From positions 120,001 through 152,000 of the forward strand of contig NZ_JBHSTI010000008.1 in the NCBI RefSeq assembly GCF_042660085.1: a DNA stretch of 32,000 bases. Direction: 5' to 3'. The stretch comes from Longivirga aurantiaca. GTDB taxonomy: Bacteria > Actinomycetota > Actinomycetes > S36-B12 > CAIYMF01. The first letter of the stretch is position 1. Every line of letters starts with the position of its first letter. Below, in pieces: positions 17,381 through 27,254 of this stretch. Both the position numbers and the translations under genes were made by a program. The notes under the pieces were generated by a model. The model ran no database searches. It saw only the letters and a list, made by a program, of their open reading frames with translations, and was not told where the DNA came from.

Positions 17381-18987
17381 GCGGCACCCAGAACCGCACC
17401 AAGAAGAAGCCCTTCGGCTCGATCGCCCTCGTGGCGGTCGGCCCCGGGGACCCCGACCTGCTGACGCTGCGCGCCGCCGCGCTGCTCCGCGAGGCCGACC
17501 TGGTCCTCGCGGACGCCGACGTCGTCGACCTCGCGCGCACGCTCGCCGGGGCCGAGGCCGACGTGAGCGCCGCGCTCGACGAGGACGGCCTGCCGCTCTC
17601 GCACGCCGCGCGCGCCAAGGTCGTGGCCGACGCGGCCAAGGCGGGGCAGGCCGTCGTGCGCCTCTTCTCCGGCGACCCCCTCCTCGACGGTGCGCTCCTC
17701 ACCGAGGCCGGCGCGCTCGCGAAGGCGAAGGTGCCGTTCGACGTCGCCCCCGGCGTCTCGACGCTCACCGGAATCCCGGCGTACGCCGGCGTCGGGCTCC
17801 TCGGCGGCAAGCAGCGCGAGGTGCACGTGCTCGACGCCGACGACCCCGCTGTCGACTGGGCCGCGCACTCCGACCCGCGCGTCACCGTCGTGGTGCTCAA
17901 CGGCGCCGACCGCGCCGCCGAGGTCGCCCGCGCCCTCGTGCAGGGCGGTCGCGCCGAGTCGACGCCGGTCGCGGTGACCCGCGGCGGCACGACCGTGGAG
18001 CAGCGCACGATCACCTCCACGCTCGCCGAGCTGCCCGCGGCGGTGAAGGCTGCGAAGCAGGCCGGTCCTGGCCTCGTCGTCATCGGCGACACCGTCGCCC
18101 AGCGCGACAAGCTCTCGTGGTTCGAGACCAAGCCCCTGTTCGGCTGGAGGGTCCTCGTGCCGCGGACGCGCGAGCAGGCCGGTGCTCTCAGCCAGCAGCT
18201 CACCCGTTTCGGCGCCGTCGGCGTCGAGGTGCCCACCATCTCGGTGGAGCCCCCGCGCACCCCGCAGCAGATGGAGCGCGCGATCACGGGCCTCGTGTCC
18301 GGCCGCTTCCAGTGGGTCGTGTTCACCAGTGCGAACGCGGTGAAGGCCGTGCGCGAGAAGTTCGAGGAGTACGGCCTCGACGCCCGCGCCTTCGCCGGTC
18401 TCAAGGTCGCCGCGGTCGGTGACCAGACCGCCGCGTCGCTGATCTCGTTCGGCGTCCGCCCCGACCTCGTCCCGAGCGGCGAGCAGAGCAGCGTCGGCCT
18501 CCTCGAGGACTTCCCCGAGTTCGACCCGATCTTCGACCCGATCAACCGCGTGTTCCTGCCGCGCGCCGACATCGCCACCGACACGCTCGTCGCCGGCCTC
18601 GTCGAGCTCGGCTGGGAGATCGAGGACGTCACGGCGTACCGCACCGTCCGTGCGGCGCCGCCGGCGGCGGAGACCCGCGAGGCCATCAAGACCGGTGGCT
18701 TCGACGCGGTGCTCTTCACGTCCTCGAGCACGGTGCGCAACCTCGTCGGCATCGCGGGCAAGCCGCACGCGTCGACCGTCGTCGCGTGCATCGGCCCGGC
18801 CACGGCCAAGACTGCGGAGGAGCACGGCCTGCGCGTCGACGTGCTCGCCGAGACGCCGTCGGTCGTCGCCCTCGCCGACGCGCTCGCGGCGCACGGCGAC
18901 GCCCTGAGGCTCGCCGCCCTCGAGCAGGGCGAGCAGGTCTGGCGCCCCAGCAAGCGCCGTGGTGCGGCCCGTCGCAAGGCGACCTGA
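17377..18987 (+). CDS. hemD: Fusion of SUMT-like (uroporphyrinogen-III methyltransferase) domain and uroporphyrinogen-III synthase
   Basis: N-terminal [19 protein letters not shown]...[15 protein letters not shown]-terminal [20 protein letters not shown]...[13 protein letters not shown]...[10 protein letters not shown]...[14 protein letters not shown]...[14 protein letters not shown]. Confidence 0.92.
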   Translation: MSGTQNRTKKKPFGSIALVAVGPGDPDLLTLRAAALLREADLVLADADVVDLARTLAGAEADVSAALDEDGLPLSHAARAKVVADAAKAGQAVVRLFSGDPLLDGALLTEAGALAKAKVPFDVAPGVSTLTGIPAYAGVGLLGGKQREVHVLDADDPAVDWAAHSDPRVTVVVLNGADRAAEVARALVQGGRAESTPVAVTRGGTTVEQRTITSTLAELPAAVKAAKQAGPGLVVIGDTVAQRDKLSWFETKPLFGWRVLVPRTREQAGALSQQLTRFGAVGVEVPTISVEPPRTPQQMERAITGLVSGRFQWVVFTSANAVKAVREKFEEYGLDARAFAGLKVAAVGDQTAASLISFGVRPDLVPSGEQSSVGLLEDFPEFDPIFDPINRVFLPRADIATDTLVAGLVELGWEIEDVTAYRTVRAAPPAAETREAIKTGGFDAVLFTSSSTVRNLVGIAGKPHASTVVACIGPATAKTAEEHGLRVDVLAETPSVVALADALAAHGDALRLAALEQGEQVWRPSKRRGAARRKAT

Positions 18988-18989
18988 TC

Positions 18990-19976
18990 GTGGGATTCCC
19001 GGTCGAGCGTCCGCGGCGTCTGCGGCGCACGCCTGCCCTCAGGAGGCTGGTCGCCGAGACGCGCCTGCACCCTGCGGGTCTCGTGCTGCCGCTCTTCGTC
19101 CGTGAGGGTCTCGCCGAGCCGGCAGCGATCTCGTCGCTGCCGGGCGTCGTGCAGCACAGCCGCGACTCGCTGCGGGCAGCGGCAGCGGAGGCGGCGTACC
19201 TCGGGCTCGGCGGCGTGATGCTCTTCGCCGTCCCGGCGGCTCGGGACGCCGTCGGCAGCGCGGCCAGCGACCCGGACGGCATCCTCAACCTCGCGGTCGC
19301 GGACGTCCGCGCCGAGGTCGGCGACTCGCTCGTCGTGATGGCCGACCTCTGCCTCGACGAGTTCACCGACCACGGGCACTGCGGCGTGCTCGACAAGGAC
19401 GGCGGGGTCGACAACGACGCCACCCTCGTCCGGTACGCCGAGATGGCCATGGCTCTGGCCGACGCGGGGGCCGACGTCGTCGGCACCAGCGGCATGATGG
19501 ACGGCCAGGTCGGGGTCGTGCGGTCGGCGCTCGACGAGGTGTCGGCGCAGCACGTGCTGGTGCTCGCGTACGCCGCGAAGTACGCATCCGCGCTGTACGG
19601 CCCGTTCCGCGAGGCGGTCGACAGCCAGCTGCAGGGCGACCGGCGCACCTACCAGCAGGACCCGGCCAACCTCCGCGAGGCGCTGCGCGAGCTGCGCCTC
19701 GACGTCGAGGAGGGCGCGGACATGGTGATGGTCAAGCCCGCGAGCCTCTACCTCGACGTGCTGCGCGAGGTGGCCGGCCTCGTCGACGTCCCCGTCGCGG
19801 CCTACCAGGTCAGCGGCGAGTACGCGATGGTCGAGGCGGCCGCCGAGCGCGGATGGATCGACCGCGACCGCGCGATCGCCGAGTCGATCACCTCGATCCA
19901 CCGGGCGGGCGCGGACGTCGTCCTCACCTACTGGGCCGCCGAGGTGGCCCGCTGGATCGCGGAGGGTCGCGCATGA
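18990..19976 (+). CDS. hemB: Delta-aminolevulinic acid dehydratase (porphobilinogen synthase)
   Basis: GTG 18990. [113 protein letters not shown]. Confidence 0.96.
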   Translation: MGFPVERPRRLRRTPALRRLVAETRLHPAGLVLPLFVREGLAEPAAISSLPGVVQHSRDSLRAAAAEAAYLGLGGVMLFAVPAARDAVGSAASDPDGILNLAVADVRAEVGDSLVVMADLCLDEFTDHGHCGVLDKDGGVDNDATLVRYAEMAMALADAGADVVGTSGMMDGQVGVVRSALDEVSAQHVLVLAYAAKYASALYGPFREAVDSQLQGDRRTYQQDPANLREALRELRLDVEEGADMVMVKPASLYLDVLREVAGLVDVPVAAYQVSGEYAMVEAAAERGWIDRDRAIAESITSIHRAGADVVLTYWAAEVARWIAEGRA

Positions 19977-21322
19977 GCACGCCGTACGCCGACGCCGCAC
20001 CCGTGTCGCAGGAGCTGTTCGCCCGCGGCCGCGAGGTGACGCCGGGCGGCGTCAACTCGCCCGTCCGCGCGTTCCGCGCCGTGGGTGGAACGCCGCGCTT
20101 CATGGCGAGCGGCCGCGGCCCGTACATCACCGACGTCGACGGCCGCGAGTACCTCGACCTCGTCTGCTCCTGGGGCCCCATGGTCCTCGGCCACGCGCAC
20201 CCGTCGGTCGTGCAGGCGATCCAGGACGCCGCTACCCGCGGCTTCTCGTTCGGCACGCCGGGGGAGGGCGAGGTGCTGCTCGCCGAGGAGATCGTGGGCC
20301 GCGTCGACGCCGTCCAGCAGGTGCGCCTCGTCAGCAGCGGCACCGAGGCGACGATGTCGGCGATCCGGCTCGCGCGCGGCTTCACCGGCCGGTCCAAGGT
20401 CGTGAAGTTCGCCGGCTGCTACCACGGCCACGTCGACTCCCTCCTCGCCGCTGCCGGCTCGGGCATCGCGACCTTCGCGCTTCCCGACACTCCGGGCGTC
20501 ACGGGAGCCCAGGCGCACGAGACGATCGTGCTGCCCTACAACGACCTCGCCGCGGTCGAGGCTGCGTTCGCCGCCCACGGCGACGACATCGCCGCCGTGA
20601 TCACCGAGGCCGCGGCAGCCAACATGGGCGTGGTGGCGCCGCAGCCCGGCTTCAACGAGGCGCTGGCGCGCATCGCCCAGGCGCACGGGGCGCTGTTCGT
20701 CATCGACGAGGTGATGACCGGGTTCCGCGTCGCCCGCGGCGGCTGGCTCGAGCTCGAGGCCCGTGAGGACCCCTCGTGGAGGCCAGACCTCGTCACGTTC
20801 GGCAAGGTCATGGGCGGCGGCCTCCCGGCCGCTGCCTTCGGAGGTCGCGCCGACGTCATGGCGCACCTCGCGCCGGCCGGCCCGGTCTACCAGGCGGGCA
20901 CCCTCGCGGGTAACCCCGTCGCCGCGGCCTGCGGCCTCGCGACGCTCGCGCAGTGCACGCCCGACGTCTACACCCACCTCGACGCCACGGCCGCCACGGT
21001 CGGGCGCCTCGTGTCCGAGGCGCTGGCAGCCGAGGGCGTGGTGCACACCCTCGCCACGGCCGGCAACCTGTTCTCGGTGTTCTTCACCGGCACCCTGCCG
21101 AAGGACTACGACGAGGCGCGGACCCAGGAGTCGTGGCGGTACGCCGCCTTCTTCCACGCCATGCTGGACCGGGGCGTCTACCTGCCGCCGAGCGCGTTCG
21201 AGGCGTGGTTCGTGTCCGCGTCCCACGACGACGCCGCGCTCGACCGGCTCGTCGCCGCCCTCCCCGCCGCGGCGCGTGCCGCGGCATCCGCACATCCCGA
21301 CGTCGCGAAGGAGTTCGTGTGA
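19973..21322 (+). CDS. hemL: Glutamate-1-semialdehyde 2,1-aminomutase
   Basis: ATG 19973 overlaps the hemB stop. [120 protein letters not shown]. Confidence 0.97.
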   Translation: MSTPYADAAPVSQELFARGREVTPGGVNSPVRAFRAVGGTPRFMASGRGPYITDVDGREYLDLVCSWGPMVLGHAHPSVVQAIQDAATRGFSFGTPGEGEVLLAEEIVGRVDAVQQVRLVSSGTEATMSAIRLARGFTGRSKVVKFAGCYHGHVDSLLAAAGSGIATFALPDTPGVTGAQAHETIVLPYNDLAAVEAAFAAHGDDIAAVITEAAAANMGVVAPQPGFNEALARIAQAHGALFVIDEVMTGFRVARGGWLELEAREDPSWRPDLVTFGKVMGGGLPAAAFGGRADVMAHLAPAGPVYQAGTLAGNPVAAACGLATLAQCTPDVYTHLDATAATVGRLVSEALAAEGVVHTLATAGNLFSVFFTGTLPKDYDEARTQESWRYAAFFHAMLDRGVYLPPSAFEAWFVSASHDDAALDRLVAALPAAARAAASAHPDVAKEFV

Positions 21323-21972
21323 GCACCCGTACCGTCGTCCACCTGCTGCGCCACGGTGAGGTCCACAACCCCACCGGCGTGCTCTACGGCAGGCTCCCGG
21401 GCTTCACGCTCTCCACGCTCGGCGAGCAGATGGCCGAGCGCGCCGCCGACGCGCTGGCCGACCGCGACATCACCCATGTCGTCTCCTCGCCGCTCGAGCG
21501 CGCGCAGCAGACGGCAGCACCCGTGGCGGCCAGGCACGGGCTGCGCGTCTCGATCGACGACCGCATCATCGAGGCCGACAACATCTTCGAGGGCCAGCGC
21601 GTCGGCGTCGGCGACGGCGTCCTCAAGAACCCCAAGGCCTGGCGGCACCTCTACAACCCGTTCACCCCGAGCTGGGGCGAGCCGTACGTCGAGCTCGCAG
21701 GCCGCATGCGTGCCGCGGTCGCGGCCGCTCGCTCGGCAGCCCGCGGGCACGAGGCCGTCCTCGTCAGCCACCAGCTGCCGGTGTGGATCGCGCGGCTCGA
21801 CGCCGAGCAGCGCCGGTTCGTCCACGACCCGCGCAAGCGTCAGTGCGGGCTCGCCAGCCTGACGTCGCTCACGTTCGACGACGACAAGCTCGTGGCGATC
21901 ACCTACACCGAGCCGTCGGCCGACCTCGTCCGCGCCGCCGGGAAGTCCGCGGCGCAGGCCAAGGGCGCCTGA
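21319..21972 (+). CDS. Histidine phosphatase (phosphoglycerate-mutase-like) family protein
   Basis: GTG 21319. [35 protein letters not shown]...[13 protein letters not shown]...[13 protein letters not shown]. Confidence 0.93.
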   Translation: MSTRTVVHLLRHGEVHNPTGVLYGRLPGFTLSTLGEQMAERAADALADRDITHVVSSPLERAQQTAAPVAARHGLRVSIDDRIIEADNIFEGQRVGVGDGVLKNPKAWRHLYNPFTPSWGEPYVELAGRMRAAVAAARSAARGHEAVLVSHQLPVWIARLDAEQRRFVHDPRKRQCGLASLTSLTFDDDKLVAITYTEPSADLVRAAGKSAAQAKGA

Positions 21973-22114
21973 TCGGTGTGACGCAGTCGCCGGACCGGTG
22001 GGAAACCTCCCGGGGCTGCGGCTCGTCCACACTGCGCGCCCGAAGCCCGCGCGCCCGAAGCGCTGCGCCCGTCCCGCCTCACCCGCCCGTCCGAACGCCC
22101 GAGGAGAGCCCGTC

Positions 22115-22714
22115 GTGACCGCCCGAGGACGCCGCACCCGCCGCGCCGCGGGTGCCGTTGCCCTGGCCGCGGCCGCGCTCCTGCTGTCGGCCTGCTCGGC
22201 CACCTCCGGATCGGTCGACGGCTCGACGCGCTACGTCGCCGGCGACGGCTCGACGGTGCTGCTCGCCCCGGGCGAGCGCGCGGCCGCTCCGGCGCTCGCC
22301 GGCACGACCCTGGACGGCGACGCCCTCGACATCGCGTCGTACCGCGGCAAGGTCGTCGTGGTGAACCTGTGGGCCTCCTGGTGCTCGCCGTGCCGCGCCG
22401 AGGCCGGCGTGCTCGAGAGCACCTACACCGAGACCAAGGGCAAGGGTGTCGAGTTCGTCGGCATCGTCTCCGGCGGCAAGGACTCGATCGACAACGCGCG
22501 CGCCTTCGCCCGCAAGTTCGACATGTCGTACCCCTCGATGTTCGACGCCGACAACTCCCTGGTGCTGGCCTTCCGCGGGCAGCTGCCGCCGTCCGCGATC
22601 CCGACCACGCTGGTGCTCGACCGCGAGGGCCGGGTGGCCGCGCGGGCGCTCGGCGAGGTCGACCGCTCGCGTCTGCTCGGCATGATCGAGCCGGTGCTGG
22701 CGGAGGCGTCATGA
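22115..22714 (+). CDS. TlpA/ResA-like thiol-disulfide oxidoreductase, predicted lipoprotein
   Basis: GTG 22115. Lipobox LLLSACS; WASWCSPCRAEAGVLEST (CxxC). Confidence 0.93.
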   Translation: MTARGRRTRRAAGAVALAAAALLLSACSATSGSVDGSTRYVAGDGSTVLLAPGERAAAPALAGTTLDGDALDIASYRGKVVVVNLWASWCSPCRAEAGVLESTYTETKGKGVEFVGIVSGGKDSIDNARAFARKFDMSYPSMFDADNSLVLAFRGQLPPSAIPTTLVLDREGRVAARALGEVDRSRLLGMIEPVLAEAS

Positions 22715-23529
22715 GCGTCGTCGACACGGTCGTGTCGGGCTCGCTGCTCGTGGCCGCCCCGCTGGCCTTCGCAGCCGGCGTCGTGTCGTTCCTGTCGCCG
22801 TGCGTCCTCCCTCTCGTGCCCGGCTACCTGTCGTACGTCACCGGCCTGTCCGGGGCGGAGCTCGCCGGCGAGCCGGACACCGCGGCCGCGCGCCGCCGGG
22901 GAACCGCCGACGGCGACGTCCTGGTCGAGGCGGAGGTGTCGGCACCTGCGGCGCGGACCCGCGTGCTCGTCGGCTCGGTCCTGTTCGTCCTCGGCTTCAC
23001 CGCGGTCTTCGTGGCGTACGGCGCGGCGTTCGGCGCCCTGGGGGAGTCGCTGTTCCGCTACCAGGACCAGATCTCGCGCGTGCTCGGCGTGGTGGTCGTC
23101 GTCCTCGGCCTGTCCTTCCTCGGCGTGATCCCCGGGATGCAGCGCGAGTGGCGGATGCACCGGCTGCCGAAGGTGGGCCTCTGGGGCGCCCCGCTGCTCG
23201 GCGTGCTGTTCGGCCTCGGCTGGACCCCGTGCATCGGCCCGACGCTCGGCGCCGTGCAGACCCTGGCCTTCACCGAGGCCAGCGCGGCCCGCGGCGCGCT
23301 GCTGTCGGCGTTCTACTGCCTCGGCCTCGGCCTCCCGTTCGTCCTCGTCGGCCTCCTCTACCGTCGCGCGCTCGGCGCGATCGGCTGGGTGCGCCGGCAC
23401 AGCCTGGTCGTCATGCGGATCGGGGGCGGGCTCCTCGTGCTGATCGGCCTGCTGCTCGTCACCGGCCTCTGGGACGACCTGACCATCGGCCTGCGCTCGT
23501 GGGCCGGCAGCTTCGGGGTCTGGCTATGA
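22711..23529 (+). CDS. ccdA: Cytochrome c biogenesis protein CcdA
   Basis: ATG 22711. FAAGVVSFLSPCVLPLVPGYLSYVTGLSG; GWTPCIGPTLGAVQTLAF; multiple hydrophobic segments. Confidence 0.93.
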   Translation: MSVVDTVVSGSLLVAAPLAFAAGVVSFLSPCVLPLVPGYLSYVTGLSGAELAGEPDTAAARRRGTADGDVLVEAEVSAPAARTRVLVGSVLFVLGFTAVFVAYGAAFGALGESLFRYQDQISRVLGVVVVVLGLSFLGVIPGMQREWRMHRLPKVGLWGAPLLGVLFGLGWTPCIGPTLGAVQTLAFTEASAARGALLSAFYCLGLGLPFVLVGLLYRRALGAIGWVRRHSLVVMRIGGGLLVLIGLLLVTGLWDDLTIGLRSWAGSFGVWL

Positions 23530-23542
23530 GCGGGGTGCGGCC

Positions 23543-25174
23543 GTGAGCGACCAGGTCGACGACGCCGTGCGCGACGCCGACGACACCCGCAGCGGGCTGT
23601 CGACTGCGCCGGCCGAGGTCGACTCCTCGACGACGGTCGTGGGGCTCGGCGTCCTCGGCTGGGTGCGCTGGGGATGGCGCACCCTCACGAGCATGCGCAC
23701 GGCTCTCGTGCTCCTGTTCCTGCTCGCGGTCGCGTCGGTGCCCGGGTCGGTCTTCCCGCAGCGCGGCACCGACCCGATCAAGGTCACGCAGTACCTCGCC
23801 GACGACCCCACCAAGGGGGAGATCCTCGACCGGCTCGGCATGTTCGACGTCTTCGCCTCGCCGTGGTTCGCCGCGATCTACCTGCTGCTGTTCATCTCGC
23901 TCGCGGGCTGCGTGATCCCGCGCTCCCTGCAGCACTGGAAGGCCATGCGCTCGCGCCCGCCGGCGGCGCCGCGCAACCTCAGCCGGCTCCCCGAGCACCG
24001 CCGCGTCGAGACCGACGCCGAGGCCTCCGAGGTGCTCGCGTCGGCAGCTGCGCTCCTGCGCGGGAAGCGGTGGCGCGTCGACGTCGCCGACGACTCGGTG
24101 GCGGCCGAGAAGGGCTACAGCAGGGAGACGGGGAACCTCGTCTTCCACCTGGCGCTGCTGGTCCTGCTGCTCGGCGTCGCGCTCGGGTCGCTCGGCGGCT
24201 TCCGCGGCAACGTCGTCGTCCGGGAGGGCAGCTCGTTCGCCAACACGCTCTCGCAGTTCGACTCGTTCGCGCCGGGTCGCGGCTTCGACCCGGAGTCCCT
24301 GCAGCCGTTCAGCTTCACCCTCGACGACTTCACGGCGCAGTTCGAGCGCGGCGGCCCGCAGTCCGGGGCGCCGCGGCAGTTCGTCGCGGATGTCACGGTC
24401 GTCAGCGAGCCCGGCGCCGTGCCGGAGAAGGCGCGCATCGAGGTCAACGCGCCGCTCGTCATCGGCGGCGAGAAGGTCTTCCTGGTCGGCCACGGCTACG
24501 CGCCGACGATCACCGTGACCGACAAGGACGGCGAGATCGTCTTCCGCGACTCGGTGGTGTGCCTGCCTCAGGACGGCAACTTCAGCTCGACCTGCGTCGT
24601 GAAGGTGCCGGACGCGTCACCGCAGCTGGGCCTCACCGGCTTCTTCCTGCCGACGGCGGCCGTCGACGACATCCGCGGCCCGCACTCGACCTTCCCCGCG
24701 ACCGACGACCCCGCGGTCTTCCTCTCGGCGTGGGAGGGCGACCTCGGCCTCGACAGCGGGCGGCCGCAGTCGGTCTTCAAGCTCGAGACGACGAACATGA
24801 CGCGCCTCGGCATCGAGGCCCTGCGCCCGGGCGAGACCTGGACGCTCGAGGACGGCACCACCGTCTCGTTCGACGGCTACGTGCAGTTCGCGTCGTTCGC
24901 CATCGCCCAGGACCCCGGCAAGGAGATCGCGCTCGTCGCGTCGATCGCTGCGATGACGGGTCTGGCGCTGTCGCTGCTCGTCCGACGTCGCAGGGTCTGG
25001 GTGCGGGTGGCGTCCGGAGCATCAGGCATTACCGTGGTCGACGTCGCCGGGCTGACCCGGTCCGAGCACGCCAGCGTGGCCGACGAGGTCGACGAGGTGG
25101 CCTCGGCCCTGGGATCACCCGCGGGGGCCTCGACGGCGCAGGGCAGCACGGGAGCAGAAGGAGCACCGGAGTGA
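23543..25174 (+). CDS. resB: Cytochrome c biogenesis protein ResB
   Basis: GTG 23543. WRTLTSMRTALVLLFLLAVASVPGSVFPQRGTDP, DRLGMFDVFASPWFAAIYLLLFISLAGCVIPRS, NLVFHLALLVLLLGVALGSLGGFRGNVVVREGSSF. Confidence 0.93.
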   Translation: MSDQVDDAVRDADDTRSGLSTAPAEVDSSTTVVGLGVLGWVRWGWRTLTSMRTALVLLFLLAVASVPGSVFPQRGTDPIKVTQYLADDPTKGEILDRLGMFDVFASPWFAAIYLLLFISLAGCVIPRSLQHWKAMRSRPPAAPRNLSRLPEHRRVETDAEASEVLASAAALLRGKRWRVDVADDSVAAEKGYSRETGNLVFHLALLVLLLGVALGSLGGFRGNVVVREGSSFANTLSQFDSFAPGRGFDPESLQPFSFTLDDFTAQFERGGPQSGAPRQFVADVTVVSEPGAVPEKARIEVNAPLVIGGEKVFLVGHGYAPTITVTDKDGEIVFRDSVVCLPQDGNFSSTCVVKVPDASPQLGLTGFFLPTAAVDDIRGPHSTFPATDDPAVFLSAWEGDLGLDSGRPQSVFKLETTNMTRLGIEALRPGETWTLEDGTTVSFDGYVQFASFAIAQDPGKEIALVASIAAMTGLALSLLVRRRRVWVRVASGASGITVVDVAGLTRSEHASVADEVDEVASALGSPAGASTAQGSTGAEGAPE

Positions 25175-26166
25175 CGGTCAACGTGGCGTTCGCCGAGCTG
25201 AGCCTCGACCTCGTGTACGCGGCGATGGCCGTCTACACGGTCGCGATGTTCACGTTCGCGGTGTCGTTCGCAGCCACGAAGGGCCGCGACCTCGCTCCCG
25301 CCACGGCCGACGGCGCCGCCGCGACGGCGGGCGAGGGCTCGGTCGCCGTCGCCACCAAGACCGAGGTCGCCCTGGGCGGGCCCGACGACGGCGCGCTGCC
25401 CGCGGGCCGCCGGTCGGCCAACATCGCGATGTCGGTGATGTGGCTCGGGACGATCCTGCTCGCGCTCGGTCTGCTCTTCCGCGGCCTCTCGGTCATGCGC
25501 GCCCCCTGGGGCAACATGTACGAGTTCTCGATCACCTCGGCCCTCGCCATCTCCGCGACCTACCTCCTGATCTCGCTCAAGCGGGACGTGCGCTGGCTCG
25601 GGCTGTTCGTCGTGCCCACGGTGCTGCTGATCCTCGGCCTCGCCGTCACCGTGCTGTACGTCGACGCGGCCCAGCTCGTGCCCGCGCTTCGCGGCGTCTG
25701 GCTCGTGATCCACGTGTCGGCCGCCACCGTCTGCGCCGGCGCGTTCAGCCTGGGTGCGGCGCTCTCGGCCCTCTTCCTCGTCGCCGACTCGGGAGAGCGG
25801 CGCGCCGCCGAGGGCCGGTCGTACTGGCTGTCCGGGCTCGCAAAGCGCCTGCCCGAGTCGCAGAAGCTCGACGGGCTGGCCTACCGCATCCACGCGTTCA
25901 TGTTCCCGCTGTGGACCTTCACGATCGTGGCCGGCGCGATCTGGGCCGAGAACGCCTGGGGCCGCTACTGGGGCTGGGACCCGAAGGAGACCTGGGCGTT
26001 CATCACCTGGGTCGGCTATGCCGCGTACCTGCACGCTCGGGCGACCGCCGGGTGGAAGGGTCGCAAGGCCGCCTACATCGCCTTCGTCGCGTTCGGGTGC
26101 TTCGTGTTCAACTACTTCGGCGTGAACATCCTGATGAGCGGCCTGCACTCCTACGGCGGCCTGTGA
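25171..26166 (+). CDS. ccsB: c-type cytochrome biogenesis protein CcsB
   Basis: GTG 25171 overlaps the resB stop. WGNMYEFSITSALAISATYLL, IHVSAATVCAGAFSLG, AENAWGRYWGWDPKETWAFITWVGYAAYLHARATAGWKG (WWD-like haem-handling motif), NYFGVNILMSGLHSYGGL. Confidence 0.95.
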   Translation: MTVNVAFAELSLDLVYAAMAVYTVAMFTFAVSFAATKGRDLAPATADGAAATAGEGSVAVATKTEVALGGPDDGALPAGRRSANIAMSVMWLGTILLALGLLFRGLSVMRAPWGNMYEFSITSALAISATYLLISLKRDVRWLGLFVVPTVLLILGLAVTVLYVDAAQLVPALRGVWLVIHVSAATVCAGAFSLGAALSALFLVADSGERRAAEGRSYWLSGLAKRLPESQKLDGLAYRIHAFMFPLWTFTIVAGAIWAENAWGRYWGWDPKETWAFITWVGYAAYLHARATAGWKGRKAAYIAFVAFGCFVFNYFGVNILMSGLHSYGGL

Positions 26167-26268
26167 TCGAGTGCGCCGGACGGCGACCGCGCGCGCTCTG
26201 CGCGGGGCCGACGTACTCTCCGTGCATGGGCGCGAGGCACGGCGACAGTTCGAGGGAGGTGGGTTGAG

Positions 26269-26625
26269 GTGGGCAGGTTCCTGATCTACGGCATCGCGTT
26301 CGTCGTGGTGCTGTACGCGTTCATCGACGTGGTGCTGAGCCGCGGCGACGACGTCCGCTCGCTCCCGAAGCCGCTGTGGGCCGTCCTCGTGCTCGTCCTG
26401 CCCCTGCTCGGCGCGGTCGGCTGGTTCGTCTGGGGACGCCCGCGTGCCGCCGGCAACGGCGGCGGCCTGGTCCCGGGCCGTGGGCGCGGCCCGGTGGCCC
26501 CGGACGACGACCCGGCGTTCCTGCGTCAGATCGACGACGTGACCTGGTCGGAGAAGATGCGTCAGCGCCGCGAGAAGCGCGACGGTGGCGGCGCGCCTGG
26601 CGCCGGCGCCGGCCCCGCCGCCTGA
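26269..26625 (+). CDS. PLD nuclease N-terminal domain (PLDc_N) small membrane protein
   Basis: MGRFLIYGIAFVVVLYAFIDVVLSRGDDVRSLPKPLWAVLVLVLPLLGAVGWFVWGRPR; C-terminal DDPAFLRQI. Confidence 0.82.
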   Translation: MGRFLIYGIAFVVVLYAFIDVVLSRGDDVRSLPKPLWAVLVLVLPLLGAVGWFVWGRPRAAGNGGGLVPGRGRGPVAPDDDPAFLRQIDDVTWSEKMRQRREKRDGGGAPGAGAGPAA

Positions 26626-26693
26626 CGCTGCCGCGCGCGCGACCGCGGCCGCCGGTGCACCCGGTTCGGCCGATGAGGCGCGGGCGACGTACC

Positions 26694-27182
26694 GTGCTTC
26701 CCGTGAGCCAGGACGACGCGACCAGCCCCGCACCCGACACCGCAGCCGCGCCGCGCGGCGCGCACCCGGTTCTCGTCTACACCGGGCTGCGGCTGCTGCT
26801 GCTCGCCGTCACCGCGGGCGTGCTGTGGCTGATCGGGCTGCGCGAGCCGTTGATCCTGCTGGTGTTCGCGTTCCTCATCTCCGGCGTGATCTCGGTGTTC
26901 GCCCTCAACCGCAGGCGCGAGGTCGCCGCGGTCGAGGTGGTGACCGCGGTGCAGAAGGTCAACCAGCGCATCGAGGAGTCGGCGAGCTCGGAGGACACGC
27001 TCGAGGACGACCTCGCCGACCTGGGTCCGGACCCGGCGGCGGGCCGCCCGGACGGGAGCGGCCGGGCAGGCGCCTTCCCGGGTGCCAACGCCGCTCCGGC
27101 CGCACCCGCCCCCAAGCCGTCCAAGCGCGAGATCCCGGCCGACGACGACCTCGACGACCTCGAGCCGACCGACCGCCCCTGA
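26694..27182 (+). CDS. DUF4229-like small membrane protein
   Basis: GTG 26694 (alternative GTG 26703). HPVLVYTGLRLLLLAVTAGVLWLIGLREPLILLVFAFLISGVISVFALNRRREVAA...VQKVNQRIEES. Confidence 0.72.
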   Translation: MLPVSQDDATSPAPDTAAAPRGAHPVLVYTGLRLLLLAVTAGVLWLIGLREPLILLVFAFLISGVISVFALNRRREVAAVEVVTAVQKVNQRIEESASSEDTLEDDLADLGPDPAAGRPDGSGRAGAFPGANAAPAAPAPKPSKREIPADDDLDDLEPTDRP

Positions 27183-27190
27183 CCCCCGCC

Positions 27191-27244
27191 TCACTCACCG
27201 AAGTGCCAGAGAGCCACGAGGTTCTCGGGCACTTCCGTACGTGA
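27191..27244. terminator. Bidirectional terminator-like imperfect hairpin between convergent genes
   Basis: Arms TCACTCACCGAAGTGCCAGAGA (27191-27212) and TCTCGGGCACTTCCGTACGTGA (27223-27244), 18/22 complementary with an 8-bp perfect core GAAGTGCC/GGCACTTC. Lies between CDS ends at 27182 (+) and 27255 (-). Confidence 0.65.
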
Positions 27245-27254
27245 GACCAGCGGG

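Noticed and set aside
17280-20000. 906-aa minus-strand ORF, and similar giants at 16357..18894 (-), 14718..16526 (-), 3477..4988 (-), 2919..3746 (+, upstream part) and 23674..25170 (+, upstream part)
   Set aside because: These are high-GC shadow frames over clearly homologous genes (hemC/hemD/hemB, rex/hemA, acuC, proC, resB). Their translations are Arg/Ala/Gly-rich with no recognisable domains.
19928-21295. 455-aa minus-strand ORF over hemL
   Set aside because: Antisense shadow of a well-supported hemL; low-complexity composition and no domain.
22423-23400. 325-aa minus-strand ORF over tlpA/ccdA
   Set aside because: Shadow ORF; the plus strand has the CxxC thioredoxin motif and the CcdA transmembrane pattern.
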